Origin: Eledone cirrhosa
Taxonomy: Eukaryota
Length of the DNA: 64,000 nucleotides
Direction of reading: 5' to 3'
Assembly: GCA_964016885.1 (NCBI GenBank)
Contig: OZ024746.1
Span: 86,428,001-86,492,000 of the forward strand
The notes below the pieces were generated by a model that worked only from the letters and a program-made list of their open reading frames with translations, was not told the origin of the DNA and ran no database searches. Within the stretch, counting starts at the first letter, position 1. Each line of letters begins with the position of its first letter. Shown here in pieces: positions 26,772 to 39,420 of this stretch. The translations under genes were made by a program, and so were the position numbers.

Positions 26772-29514
26772 GTAAGTTTAACACAAACTATTTTCTTCTT
26801 CGTCAGCAAACATTATTTAGTGAGGTTCAGAAATTTTGAGAAATTTTGTCATGGAAAGACAAGAATTCTGATGATATTTTGAACAAGTTCTTTGTCAGAG
26901 AGAGATCAAACAAAACATTTGGTTTCACACCTCACAGCATCCAAACTTTATTTTTAACCCTTTACCATTTACATTACTTCATATATACTATTATATTTTT
27001 GCGATAAAGGCTTTATCTCACATAATATTGAATCTATGAAATTTTGATATTATTTATTTTGAGAACAATACTTTAACATCAGTATGAATGGCCAGTTTGA
27101 GCAGAAAGAGGTTAGAGAATTCTGACTGGATATGGCTGGTTTAAATGCTAAAGGGTTAATACATCTATGTTAACTTTGTATTACAAACAAACCCAAATAT
27201 TTGCCAGAGTTTGATATGCCTAAGTTTTCCCTTTGAACACACAGTTTTGATTTTAGGAAATGATAGCTGTATGTGTATTTGAATAAGTTTTGTAGGATGA
27301 AATTTAGCTTGAATTTTAACAATAACTATGGCAATATATAAATGTGGATTTTTAGGTAAGCAAAATTACTAAAACCTTTAAACTAATAAATGTTAGTTGC
27401 TTTGGTGCTCATTAGCAAAGTTTATTCATTCACTCTTTACTTCTCATGTTTTTCTGGCCTACATATGTTCAGACTGCATCAGTCTCACCAGTTTGGGAGC
27501 AGAGACTGACATACATATGTTGAGATTGCATCACATTCACCAATCTGGGAACAGACATTGACCTACATGTACAGACTGCATCAATTTCACCAGTCGGGGA
27601 GGGATAGCAAAGATCACATATACTGTGTCTCATCCTCAGCCTCCTCTGTTTAAAGAAAAATGAAACTTAATGAAAAAGAAACAAATAAAGCTTAGGGTTA
27701 CATAATTTACAAAAATGTTACATAGCTGGATTTTTTGTCAGTTTTACATACCATTGTTAGTCCTACCCATGCTTGCGTGGAAAATAAATGTTAAACAATG
27801 ATGATGTTTTTATTGCTGATAGTCTGTACACTAAAACATAGGAAAGTAACTAATTAATCACTCAGTTGATTAATTAATGAAATTTACAGCTCATGCTTAT
27901 CTATATTTAACTGGCCTCTTACAAGGGTACATTGCATAAGAGGTTTCTTCTAGGGGCCCTAGTCTTGTCATGAAAAGCCATGTAAAATTGTCTTGTTCCA
28001 AAGCATAGTATGCTACCAGTTCAGGGTAATTGAACCTAAAACCTTATGATTGTAAGCCCAATACCCTAACTACAGAACCATATATTATGGCTACATTCTT
28101 TCTATTATGTGTATGGTGTGCCAAATCTTTGTATTATTTATAGTACTATTGTAATTTGTGAACAATAGTCATTGGTTACAAGTTTCCAATAAGTTAATCA
28201 CTAGTTCAGTGTATTTCTGAAAGCAACATTTAACCCTTTAGCATTTACCATTTAGATTTTTGTATGAAAGGCCTTATCTCACATAATATCAAATCTGCGA
28301 GATTTCGATGTTATTTATTTTGAGAACAATACCATATCATAATTATTAGCAACCAGGTGCAGCCGGTATGAACAGAATGAGTTGAGAGAATTCTGGCCAG
28401 ATACAGCCAGTTTAAATGCATTTCTAATGAAATATACTCTATTTTAATTAATTATTTAAGAATTTTGAGGGATTTACTTATTATCATCATCATCATCATC
28501 ACCGTTTTACGTCCGTTCTTCCACGCTAGCATGGGTTAGACGGGTTGTCCTGTTGTGGGCAGTGTCTGGTCGGCTGACCATGCCTTGCTCATAGAGGAAC
28601 TGATTTGGCTTGATTTCTACAGCTGGATGCCCTTCCTAACACCAACCTCATTTACAGTGAGTTACTAAAATTATTAATTATTTCATTACTAAAATAGTAA
28701 CATAATATATGGTTCTTATATAAAATTATGTTGGAAGATTTAAATATTGGTGGTAAAATTGGTGGTTTTATTTCATAAAAACAAAGCTGGTTTTGGCTGG
28801 GTTGATAACTTAAGGGTTAAAAAGGAATTTTCACTGATGTTAATAACTTTTGCTGATGTATACCAATAAAAGATACATTCACATACACATACAAATGCTA
28901 TGGGCTTCTGTTTCCATCTGCCAGATTTCTCTCACAAAGTATTGTTCAACCTCAAGGATATAGCTAAGAGACTTGCCCAAAATGATGTGATGCCAGAGCA
29001 AATCTGGAACTACATGGTTGTCAAGTGAATTTTTTAACCACGGTCATAGTATTATGAAAATTTATTTATATTTTAAAATCAGGAAATCACTGATATAGAT
29101 TTTATTGATTATTGACCTGTTATGTACGTTTTACAGGTGATTGTTTCAAGGTCCATATTTGTGTTATGTACACGCAGCTCCAACATTCATCTACTCATCA
29201 AACTTGTTGATCAAGTTAAAAACAAAATTTCATATATATAAATATATATATACGATATTAACAAATGGAAACTATATTTATAAAACCATATTTATTTCAT
29301 TATACATATTTCAAGGACACCAAGTTAAATTATGGTATGCTTTCATCAGACAAAATACAATATATACCAGTTTTATAAATAAATATTGACATACCCTTAC
29401 AAAATGCAACCATTACTTTTGGAAGACATCGGGATATATATATATATATAGGTATATATATCCCGTCCAAACCCATGCAAGCGTGGAAGATGGACGTTAA
29501 ACGATGATGATGAT

Positions 29515-29838
29515 GATATCATCATCATTTTACGTCCGCTTCTCTCTGCTTGCAAGGGTGGCGCGGGTCCTATTCAGCACAGCATCTCTCCACTTGTCAC
29601 GGTCCATCGTCATCTCCACCGTGAGCGTCAGTGATCTGATGTCTGCTTTCACTACCTCCACCCATGTTTTTCGTGGTCTTCCTCTACTACGTCTTCCTTC
29701 AACTGGCATTTCTTGTCACTTCTTTACCCAGCGGTAATCCTCCATCGCAGTCTTCTCTCCCGCACACTACAACTTATCCATCTTAAACATAGTTTCTCTC
29801 TCAACACATCCATGCTCGGTCGTTCACTCACATTGACA
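29515..29838 (-). mobile_element. 3' fragment of a third RTE lineage (RTE-C) with virtually no 3' UTR
   Basis: Minus strand reads ...MPVEGRRSRGRPRKTWVEVVKADIRSLTLTVEMTMDRDKWRDAVLNRTRATLASREKRT*, followed almost immediately by (GAT)n. Confidence 0.85.
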
Positions 29839-29847
29839 TATATAGAT

Positions 29848-30075
29848 ATAGGAAAAGAGTCAGGCCCCCGAAGGCTGTGCTCCGGCTGTTAGGACAGCTA
29901 AATCTGAACTAAGCCACCAGTAATACTAGTGGCTTAATTCGGATCTAGCTGCCGAAACGGCCAGAGCTCAGCTGTTGGGGTCCTGACGCTTTTCCTATTA
30001 CCCACTCTACTACCCTAAGTATTGAGTACTCTGGTGCATTATGGTCTACCTGGTATCTTACTACACCTTCTTTGT
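29848..30075 (+). repeat. Palindromic element: 151-nt imperfect hairpin plus ~75-nt unique arm
   Basis: ataggaaaagagtcagg...cctgacgcttttcctat is self-complementary through to the centre. Homologous reverse copy at 62016-62180. Confidence 0.85.
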
Positions 30076-30344
30076 AGATATAGATATATGTAGATAGATA
30101 TAGATATAAATGTGGTTGGTGTTAAGAAGGGCATCCAGGTGTAAAATCCTTGGCTAAATTTCCAGTCCTCATTGGAGCAAGGTATGGTATGGCCAACTTT
30201 GGCCAGACTTGTCTCTCAACGTGGACGACCTGTCTAATCCATGCAAGCATGGAAAAATGGACGCTAAATGGTGATGATGATGATGATATATATATCATCA
30301 TCACGTGTGTGTGTGTGATTATATATATACATATATATATATCT

Positions 30345-30890
30345 GTCGGGTCACTCTTGAGTGCTACTGTGCTACTGGTAACATGAAACCCAGTACAACC
30401 TGTCGCATGGTCAGGTCGTCGGCGACTAAACGGGCAACCCCACCAAGTTTACTTGGTGAGGAGGGTGATTTTGGACACCCTGCAGGACAAAAAAACAAAA
30501 TCTGACAAAGAGTGGAAGAGCTCATGAGAGTCAACGGCCATCTAAAAGTGTACATATGTATATTCACATGTACCGCACGGTTAAACAACTGGGTGTGAAG
30601 GACCCCTACCCTTTGTCAGGGCATTCTTCTAGGAGAAGGCAACTCAGGAAACTGGGATGACTCCGATATAAAACCTGCGGCTCAGTAGTTACTGATCATG
30701 TTGATCTTTTCTTCTTTTTGGGTTATAGCTACTGTCGCTCAGAGAGTGGGATTGGTTCAGTGCACAGTCTTTCCTCACTTTAAAAAATATCTTCATGCAC
30801 AGGCATTGCACGATAGAATTAATTAATAATTATTAATAATGGTATATCATGCAATGACCATACTCGATAACGAGGGGAAAGCCATCATAT
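30345..30890 (+). mobile_element. Short non-coding RTE-related (bipartite-type) element with structured 5' end
   Basis: GC-richer island between TA tracts. It contains ctaggagaaggcaactc, which from memory resembles RTE 5'-UTR motifs, and ends in catcat. No long ORF. Confidence 0.5.
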
Positions 30891-31057
30891 ATATATAAAT
30901 ACACACACACACACACGCTTAGTATTGACTGTCACAAGGATGAGTAAAGATTAATATAATTTATTCTTTATTAAGGCCAAAGTTTGTACTGATGACCTTG
31001 TGAATAGGAGAAGCCAAAAAGTAACAGGATTCTAGCTTAGCCTTAATAAAGAATATA

Positions 31058-31400
31058 TTCATCATCATCATTTCATATTACGTCCACTTTTCCCTGCTTG
31101 CAAGGGTGGGACGGGAACTGATTCTGGCTTGATTTCTACAGCTGGATGCCCTTCCTAACACCAACCTCATTTACAGTGAGTGCTGGGTGCTTTTTTGCCG
31201 TGGCACCTCCACGACCACTTTACAGTGGAATGATAGGGACCCCAGTCCCTATCATCTCATTTCTACAGCTGAGTAAACTGGAGCAATGTGAAATAAAGTG
31301 CCTTGCTCAAGGAAACAACACATCGCCCGGTCTGAGAATTGAACTCACAACCTTTCGATTGCAAGGCCAATGCTCTAACCACTAAGCCATGTGCCTCCAT
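31058..31400 (-). mobile_element. tRNA-CORE SINE family B
   Basis: Reverse-complement copy with one tail module. Confidence 0.9.
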
Positions 31401-32014
31401 ATTATATATATATATATATATAGCAGGGAAGAACAGACATTAAATGATGATGATTTGTATAGATATGGATATGTCTGTTATGCTAAGCAAGTTAACCTAC
31501 TACGTACAGTGTAATTTGCTGACTCATGCTGTTAAGTGGGTGAGCTGTTATTTTGATAGTATACCACTCTGACTGGTTTGTTTACTACTATGGTCAAATT
31601 CAAAATACATCCTACTCTGAAATTGTTCATGTTCAGAGGAATGACACTATATATAGAATATAAATGTCTATTACCACACATTTATTCTATTTTCGAACAA
31701 TAGATTAACCTGTATCTCGTTGAAGATATGATAATAATAATTGTTTCTAATGTAGATATAACAATGCATTTATTTACAGCACACAGAAAATAGCATTACT
31801 AGCCATGGAACATATATTATGTAAAGTACTATCAATACATTTTATGCAAACAAATAACAATGAACATATGCAGATCACAACACAGCTGCATTTTGTTATG
31901 CACAGAAAGTTCTGGAATATTAATATAATTATGTTGGTGGTGGTAATGATGATGAAGGCCCTGCTGCTTCTGTTGTTGTTATTCAAAAATTTGAAATTGA
32001 AATAGGTTAATATA

Positions 32015-32190
32015 GAGGAGTGGTTCCCAAAGTGGGTTCTGTGGAGCCCAAGAATTCTGCAATCAAGTGTCTGGGGTTCCCTGAAAAAAGTATATTACCA
32101 CCAATATAACAGCATCAGACTTTGGGGTTCCCCAAAAGAATTTCTGAATGAAAAGGGGTTCCGTCTTTGAAAAATTTTGGGAAACCCTGT
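32015..32190. mobile_element. hAT (Charlie-like) MITE remnant
   Basis: agtggttcccaaa ... tttgggaaaccctg termini with internal ggggttcc repeats. Confidence 0.6.
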
Positions 32191-33266
32191 TATAGAGTAA
32201 ATACATTCATCACCACCATAATCATCATCATCATGATCAACAACAACAACATTTTTATGTTTGTGTGGATTACTAGAGGTTCTCTTCATTACAGTAACTC
32301 TCCACTTGTTTCTTTACTTTGTCATCTTTGTGGGGGTTCAGTTTCTTGAGATTACCTTTTGTAACCACTACCGACATCTTTCTCGGTCTTCCTCTTCTAT
32401 GGCTTCCCTTCTGGTATTTCTTCACCCAATGATCATCATCCCATCCCGTATGCATTACATGTCCATATCATTGCTCACTTCTCTCTTGCACACTACATAC
32501 ATCAGATTCCACTTGTGTCCAGTGTTTCTCTCAGTTCATCCATGCTTTGTCATTCATGCACAGTAACATATGTTCACCCTACAAACAACCCTCTCAATAC
32601 ATTGGCATAACTTACAAAGACATTTTTACACAAGACCCTCTTAATACTGCAGTGCAACTTAACTTACACAGCACACAATCTACCATATGAACTTTTCAAT
32701 ACATTGGCACAACTTATATAAAATCTACTTGAAATTATGTGGCTTTAGTGGTTTGATTACTGGACATGATCTTAAGGTTGTGTTCAATGCTTAGACCAGA
32801 CATCTCATTAGGTTCTTCAGTAAGAGGGTTCATTTCATATAGCTTTTCATGTTAAGTCTGGGGCTCCTATCATCAAAACATCCTAGAAACTTATGACATA
32901 CAACATCATAGGAGGCCTGCTAAACCTACATAGGTGTGAACTGTAAATTTGATTTTATTCATTCCTTTTTATTTTACATAATAATTTCTCAATACATTAG
33001 CACAAGGTACACAACACACTACACAATGCACACACTACACAGCAAGAACCCTTCACAACACAAATAAAATCGATAATTTATATATAATAAATAATATATA
33101 TGCTATCATTTGATATTTAATATACTATTATATCATCTTTACCGCTACCCCCACCGTCTCCTTAGGCCCCTGGACCTTCTCAACGCCACCCAGGGGGCAG
33201 TAGCGCCCACTTTGAGAACCTCTGCATTACACCAACTATTTTGTGATGTTATTTAACTTGATAGAC

Positions 33267-33447
33267 GGTGGATTGGCAGTATCGGTAGAGGGTCGGACGC
33301 CATGCTTTCCAGCTTAGTTACGTCCCTTTACGATCTGAGTTCAAATCCCGCCGAGGTTGACTTTGCCTTTCATCCTTACGGGGTCGATAAAATAAAGTAC
33401 CAGTAATGCACTGGGTAATTGCTGGCCTTGTGCCTAAAGTAGAAACA
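33267..33447 (+). mobile_element. SINE family A, full length with 17-bp TSD (representative copy)
   Basis: TSD gttatttaacttgatag on both sides, with A/B boxes (tggcagtatcgg, gagttcaaatc). Other copies near 1622(+), 2945(-), 4888(-), 11552(+), 18958(+), 21515(+), 21823(-), 26205(+), 35903(+), 36128(+), 43984(-), 47519(-) and 47740(+), several with their own TSDs. Confidence 0.92.
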
Positions 33448-33825
33448 GTTATTTAACTTGATAGAAATAACACCCAAATATACCTTAAATCATTGTCATA
33501 AAGGAGGATTCTGGTAAATGTAGTACTAAATAAATTATGTCTGAAAGTGAAACGAGATGGTCATATGCTGGAATATATTTTACTCATGGGCGAGTCATGC
33601 CGGGAGGTAAGTCTGGCCAGGGTCACACCATGCTCCGACAGGACTGCAAATTTGACTGAGATTTTTACAGCTGGATACCGTTCCTAACACCAACCACATC
33701 TTTCAAAAATTCACATTAATCCACTGACCATATTATGTTGGTTCGGCTTTACAGCTTTAATTGCTAGGCTATTCCCCGCTCATTGTGGTGACTCAATCTG
33801 GTGTGGATTTCACTATATATATATA

Positions 33826-34210
33826 TGGAGGCACATGGCTTAGTGGTTAGAGCATTGGGCTTGCAATCGAAAGGTTGTTCAATTCTCAGACCGGGTGATG
33901 TGTTGTTTCCTTGAGCAAGACACTTTATTTCACATTGCTCCAGTTTACTCAGCTGTAGAAATGAGATGATGGGACTGGGGTCCCTATCATTCCACTGCAA
34001 AGTGGTCGTGGAGGTGCCACGGCAAAAAAGCACCCAACCCACACTGTAAAATGGACGTGTAGGCGCCTCGGAAAAAAAGCACCCAGCACTCACTGTAAAT
34101 GAGGTTGGTGTTAGGAAGGGCATCCAGCTGTAGAAATCAAGCCAGAATCAGTTCCTGTCCCACCCTTGTAAGCAGGGAAAAAGTGGATGTTAAATGATGA
34201 TGATAATGAT
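33826..34210 (+). mobile_element. tRNA-CORE SINE family B, full length, two tail modules
   Basis: Same head, CORE and tail as 61179-61512, with an extra ~45-bp module. Confidence 0.9.
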
Positions 34211-34483
34211 ATGAGTACACACAAATGTTGTGTTATCCTAGTTCAAATCTGATTGTGTAGTGCTATAATATACAAGTAACTAGCTGAATGACTGGCTATG
34301 ACCCACAGATTTCTTGTTTTAGTTGTACTCTCTATTATGTGGCAGTCTAGACCTGTACTCTTTCCACTGTCCAGTCTATTTATACGTCTGTTGGTTCTGG
34401 CTGTGGCCCTAGTAAAGGCAGGTAAAGTGAACACAGTCAAAACAAGATACTGGTTCTTCTTGGGCATTTATTCGTATTAGAGT

Positions 34484-34762
34484 GGTGGAGGCATGTGGCC
34501 TAGTGGTAAGGGTGTGGGACTCACGATCAAAATGGCTTGGGTTGCCTGTTGTGTTCTTGAGCAAAACACTTCATTTTATGTTACTCCAGTATACTCAGCT
34601 GAAAAGGAGTACCAGCAGTAGTTGGGGGTTTAACCCTGTGATGGACTGGTGTCCAGTCCAGGGAGGAGTCTTGTACACTCAGTCGCTTCACGCCATGAAA
34701 CTGGGATAAGCACTGGTCTAATGTGCCTACTGGCTTAAGACAGACTTTAGACTTAGACTTTA
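34484..34762 (+). mobile_element. tRNA-CORE SINE family C
   Basis: Homologous to 15337-15605 and ends in (agactt)n. Confidence 0.8.
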
Positions 34763-36287
34763 TAGTGTCATAGCACCACATAGTTCGGTCTAATCAGGTT
34801 ATAGATGGCTGCAACTATTTCTGTTTCTGTGTTTTTATATTTGCCTGGGTTGAGCAGGAGAGCTATCAGCAATCTCATTCTTTCCTATATCAGGGACTAC
34901 ATTGTCCAGTATATCCTTCTTTATTTATGAAGGGAGGGTCTGATTCAAGTTATATTTAGCTGTTATTTCTAGCAGGTTGGGTGACTACATAGATGATCCC
35001 TTCTTGAGTCACAGAATAGTGTTAGTGAGATGTCTTGGTGCTGGTGACACCGACTACTCAGAATCACATGCAAAACACATTTGAAACTTTCTGTGTCTAT
35101 GTTTGCCAAGTTGTAAGAGTATTATAGAATGATTTGTAGTATATATAGTTACATAGATGTACTATATTTTAAAATTGTTAGCGAAAGTTAACATATTTGA
35201 TTAGGAAGTTTGCCAAACAAAGGAGGCCCCTTCAGTTGTATCAAAACATGACAACCTTCATAGTGCTGGTGCCACAATTAAATGCAGTCGGTAGAGAGTG
35301 AGATGCAAGTTCCCTAACCTGTCTGAGAGGTCAGTAGCCCCTCTTCAGTACTGACATGGTCTGTGAAGACCTGTCCAATCCATGGTAGCAGGGAAAGCAG
35401 ATGTTAAATGATGATCATGATAATTGTCAAACCCTGGGGTCAATTTAATCAACTTTCCTCTACCCCAAAATTTTGTGGGCCTGTGCCTAAGTTAGAAAGT
35501 AGTGGTATCATTATTTCGGTCTTTCATTCTTCTGGGATCGATAAAATAAAAATACTAACGAAGACCTGGGTTGATTAAATTAACTAAGCCCCCTCCGAAA
35601 AAGAAAAACAAATTTCTGGCCTATGTTCAAATTGAAGTAGACTCATTATTATTAGTTTTCAACAGTTTCTTGTGACCTTCTACTGGACTACCAGATGCAT
35701 TTTTTTTTTTTTCTTTTAGTATAACACTATATTGGTATGCTACATCTGTTTCATCTTGTGGATTCTGTTTGTGGAGTTACTTTGTTTCATTTCATCTGTT
35801 TATTACGTAGAATGTTGCTATGTGAGATATTATTTCAGGGTGCTAATAGTGTATTGTTGGTGATAGTGTAGAGAATGTACTATAAAAAAAATATTTTATT
35901 TAGTGGATTAACAGAATCGGTAGACAGTCGGACAACACGCTTTGTGGCAGATAGTCACGTCCCTTTATGTTCTGAGTTTAAATCCTGCCGAAATAAGCTT
36001 AGCCTTTATCCTTCCGCGGTCGATAAAATAAAGTACCAGTAATGCACTGGGATTGATGTATTCGACTTCCTTCTCCTCCGTATTGTTGGCCTTCTGCCTA
36101 AATCAGAAGCCATTATTATGTGGTGATAGGGCAGTGGTAGTATCAGTAGAACATTGGATAACATACTTTATAGCATTTAGTTGTGCTCCTTTATGTTCTG
36201 AGTTCAATTCCTGCTAATGCTAGCTTTGCCTTTCATTCTTACAGGGTCGATAAAATAAAATACCAGAATGCACTGGGGTTGATTTAA

Positions 36288-36505
36288 CCCTTTAGCATTT
36301 ACATCACTCTATATATACTATTGTATTTTTGCAGTAAAGGCTTTATCTCGCATCATATCTCTCATAATGTCAAATTTATCAGATTTTGATATTCTTTATT
36401 TTGAGAACAATACCTTAACATCAGTGTGAGGGGCCAGTTATGGGTAGTTTGAACAAAAAGAAGTGAGAATTCTGGCCGGATATGGCTGGTTTAAATGTTA
36501 AAGGG
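36288..36505 (+). mobile_element. piggyBac-type MITE (representative copy) inserted in a family A SINE
   Basis: TTAA|CCCTTTAGCATTTA...TAAATGTTAAAGGG|TTAA, and the host SINE is continuous across the duplicated TTAA. Other copies near 1081, 12570, 13597, 14569, 26955, 28230, 40547(-), 47968(-), 48117+52311, 54586, 54772(-), 58535(-), 59151, 59723 and 63869(-). Confidence 0.9.
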
Positions 36506-38269
36506 TTAATCAACTTTCCCTTTCCCTTCAAATTACTGGCTTTGTGCCAAATGTAGAAACAATTATTTGATTGAGGAGAATCTATCATGTGGATTGTGAT
36601 ATTTTATTAGGTGGAAATGGTATGTGTTGTGTGTTGGTGGTGTATGTAGAGCATGTACTATATAGATGTTTGATGAACAGAAATGCAATTAGTTACACCC
36701 TTGTGATATGCAGCCGATTGTCGGACTTGGTGGTGAATTGATGATCGTTTTTGTTTTTAGTTTTGCTTCCCCCTTTTTTGTCTTCTTCTTCCTCTTGCTC
36801 TAGTCATATATTTTGGTGTATTCCTGGCAGTGGTCAATTGTATTTGTTATATGCATTTATATTTGTGTTTATCAACATTATATTTGTAATGTTATTCTGA
36901 AAGAATTGTGAGCAATTTCTAATGTTATTTATACAACTGTGAATAAAATAATTTAGTAAAGAAAAAAAAAAATATATAGTGGACATGTAAAAGGCACGGC
37001 AAAAAGCACCCAGCACACACTGTCAATGAGGTTGGCATTAGGAAGGCCATCCAGCCATAGAAAACCTGCTAGAAACTCTCCTATATGAGAGAGACACGGT
37101 CACCCGACCCAACTTGCCTCTAAATGGGATAAACCCCTTCTAACCCATGCTAGCATGGAAAATAGACATAAATCAAGGATGATGATGATGTCCCCAAAAA
37201 TGTATACACATATTTAAAGTGTGTTTAATTACCAAACTGGACAAAATTGACTCTGGCCCTATGAAATAAAACCATCCATTTTAAAGGTTTTCAATTTAAA
37301 TTAAAATTTTCCAACATAATTTTATATAAGAACCTTATATTAAGTTACTATTATGGTATTTGAATAATTAATAATTTTAGTATATCCCTCAAAATTCTTG
37401 ATTAATTGATTGAAATAGTTTATTTCATTAGAAATATGGTCATGTAAGGGTTAAAACAACAAGGTAGTGACTTTTTAAACATAAAGGTCTAGTTTTTTTG
37501 CAGTTCTGGATTGTCTCACTGATAAGGCACTATGTGTAACTGTGTCATACAAGATGTTAAAAGTTAATTTTCAATGCAATAAAGACTTTGGAGTGGTTAA
37601 GTAAAATAATGGTTTCTTTATATATTGATATATTATGATGGGTTTCAACAGCTGAAATCTCTTGATATCATTCATGTTATGAGATTTTGATTGAGGGTTT
37701 AATCTAATTATGAACATGTTAATACGGGTGGTCTCAGCCAGATTAATACTAGATAGATATAATCTCATTCACAAAACTGACAAGCTTTCAAATTCAAAAC
37801 GATTTCTGATAAAGAACTTACCTGTATGAAACCTAAGTAGCTGCCAATAAAGATTATGTGATTGTTCAGTAAGTTTCTTTATTTTGAAGAACTCTTATTG
37901 CATATGTAAATAAATATGTTTATATTCATCTTTCCTGGAGATCTAATCTTGCAACTGTTTTGATATCTGAAGCTACCTCTAGTTGATTCTTTGGAACTGC
38001 CAAATTTAAAGTCTTTACATTTAGTGTAAAATCTTCCATATTAATTTGATAGAAGAGATTTTTGTTATGCTCCAAATATTCAGCCTCTCTCTCATCATGT
38101 TTTTGATTATGCAGGACACAGTTCCTAAGTAGGGGTGGGTCCTGCCTGACAGCGCTCCTTAGCATCCCACTCCATGTGTTTCTGTCTGCCAGTTTCACTT
38201 GGGCCAGGCCAAGCCTAGCTTGATCCCAGCAGACATCCTCCATCCAAGTCCTTTTTGGTCTTTAAAAAC

Positions 38270-39420
38270 ATGCTACAGTTTGTCCCATTCACAAGAAAGC
38301 AGCCCCTACAACCCTACCAATTACTGTCCTATCGCGCCCACCTTTGATGTCTCGAAGTTAAAGGAGACAGCCATTAACAACAACCTCATCCAATACCTTG
38401 AAATTCTCCTTTTCTTTAATTATTATCAGCATGGCTTTTGACGAAAGCACTATTGTTGCAAAGCCATTGGTTGTTAAACATGTGGATCTTTTCTCAAAAC
38501 TGCCAACCTATGGATCCAACAACCTCTTATCTGTTGGTTTGGTAGCTTCTTGTCAGATTGAGCAATTGTGACATACGCTGATGGAGTTCTCTGAGCCACA
38601 CTCTATCAACTATATTGTGCTTCAGAGTTTGGGTTTCTTTCTTATTCATCAACAACCTACTTTGCTATCATCTCCAACAGTGTCTGCTCCTATGCAGATG
38701 ATAAACTACTTCATTCCTTCATACCCTTCTCCCATACAAGCATCATTCACATACAACTTTGAAATATTGCACCAAATCTGTGCTCATTTCCTGAAAATCT
38801 TTGAAAATTTTCTCCAATGGGGTTGTGCTGATTTTGCTTCTATTAACAACAAAAAGGCACAATCATTAACATATCAAGAGAACATGGTCACACCTAATTC
38901 CCTTCTTCTTAAATATAAACTGCATATTACTAGTACCCTCATGAATACTAGATCAATAACATTGAATATCTATCCTGATGAACATAGCCTCAACATACCC
39001 AAGATTACATTTGAAAGATTGGCTTTCCTTTTTGGAGCTAGAAAATGTTTCAATATCCAATAACTATTAGCCCTGTTCAAAGTCATGTGAGGCACATGGA
39101 GTACTGCTTCACATGACTGCATCCAAAGGAAGCCACTCAACTGATAGACCTCAAATCACACACAGACACACTGCAACAATTGGTCTATAGTTGTGCTGCT
39201 GCTTGGAGTTGGCTTGTGTTATGTCATATGCACCCTAGCACTCACAACTCACATGTGTCTTCTCCTTTTTGTCATCCATATTTCCCCTTCTCTCTTCATT
39301 AATCATTAGCCATATCATCCAATCCTTTCTTCCCAGAATGCTGGTTCTCTGAAATTACCTTCCTACATTGGTTCCCTAGCCATCTACTTTCAAGCTGAAT
39401 TGTAATGTGTTCAATGTCAA
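38270..39420 (+). mobile_element. Heavily decayed CR1/L2-group LINE RT fragment
   Basis: Remnants PTNYCPIA...SKLKE...YLE...QHGF, tatgcagatgat (YADD) near 38691, and HMEYC. Many frameshifts. Confidence 0.7.

Noticed and set aside
26317-26775. 152-aa ORF as a stand-alone gene
   Set aside because: The N-terminal 70 residues are SINE/intron sequence. Only 26529-26771 is a spliced exon.
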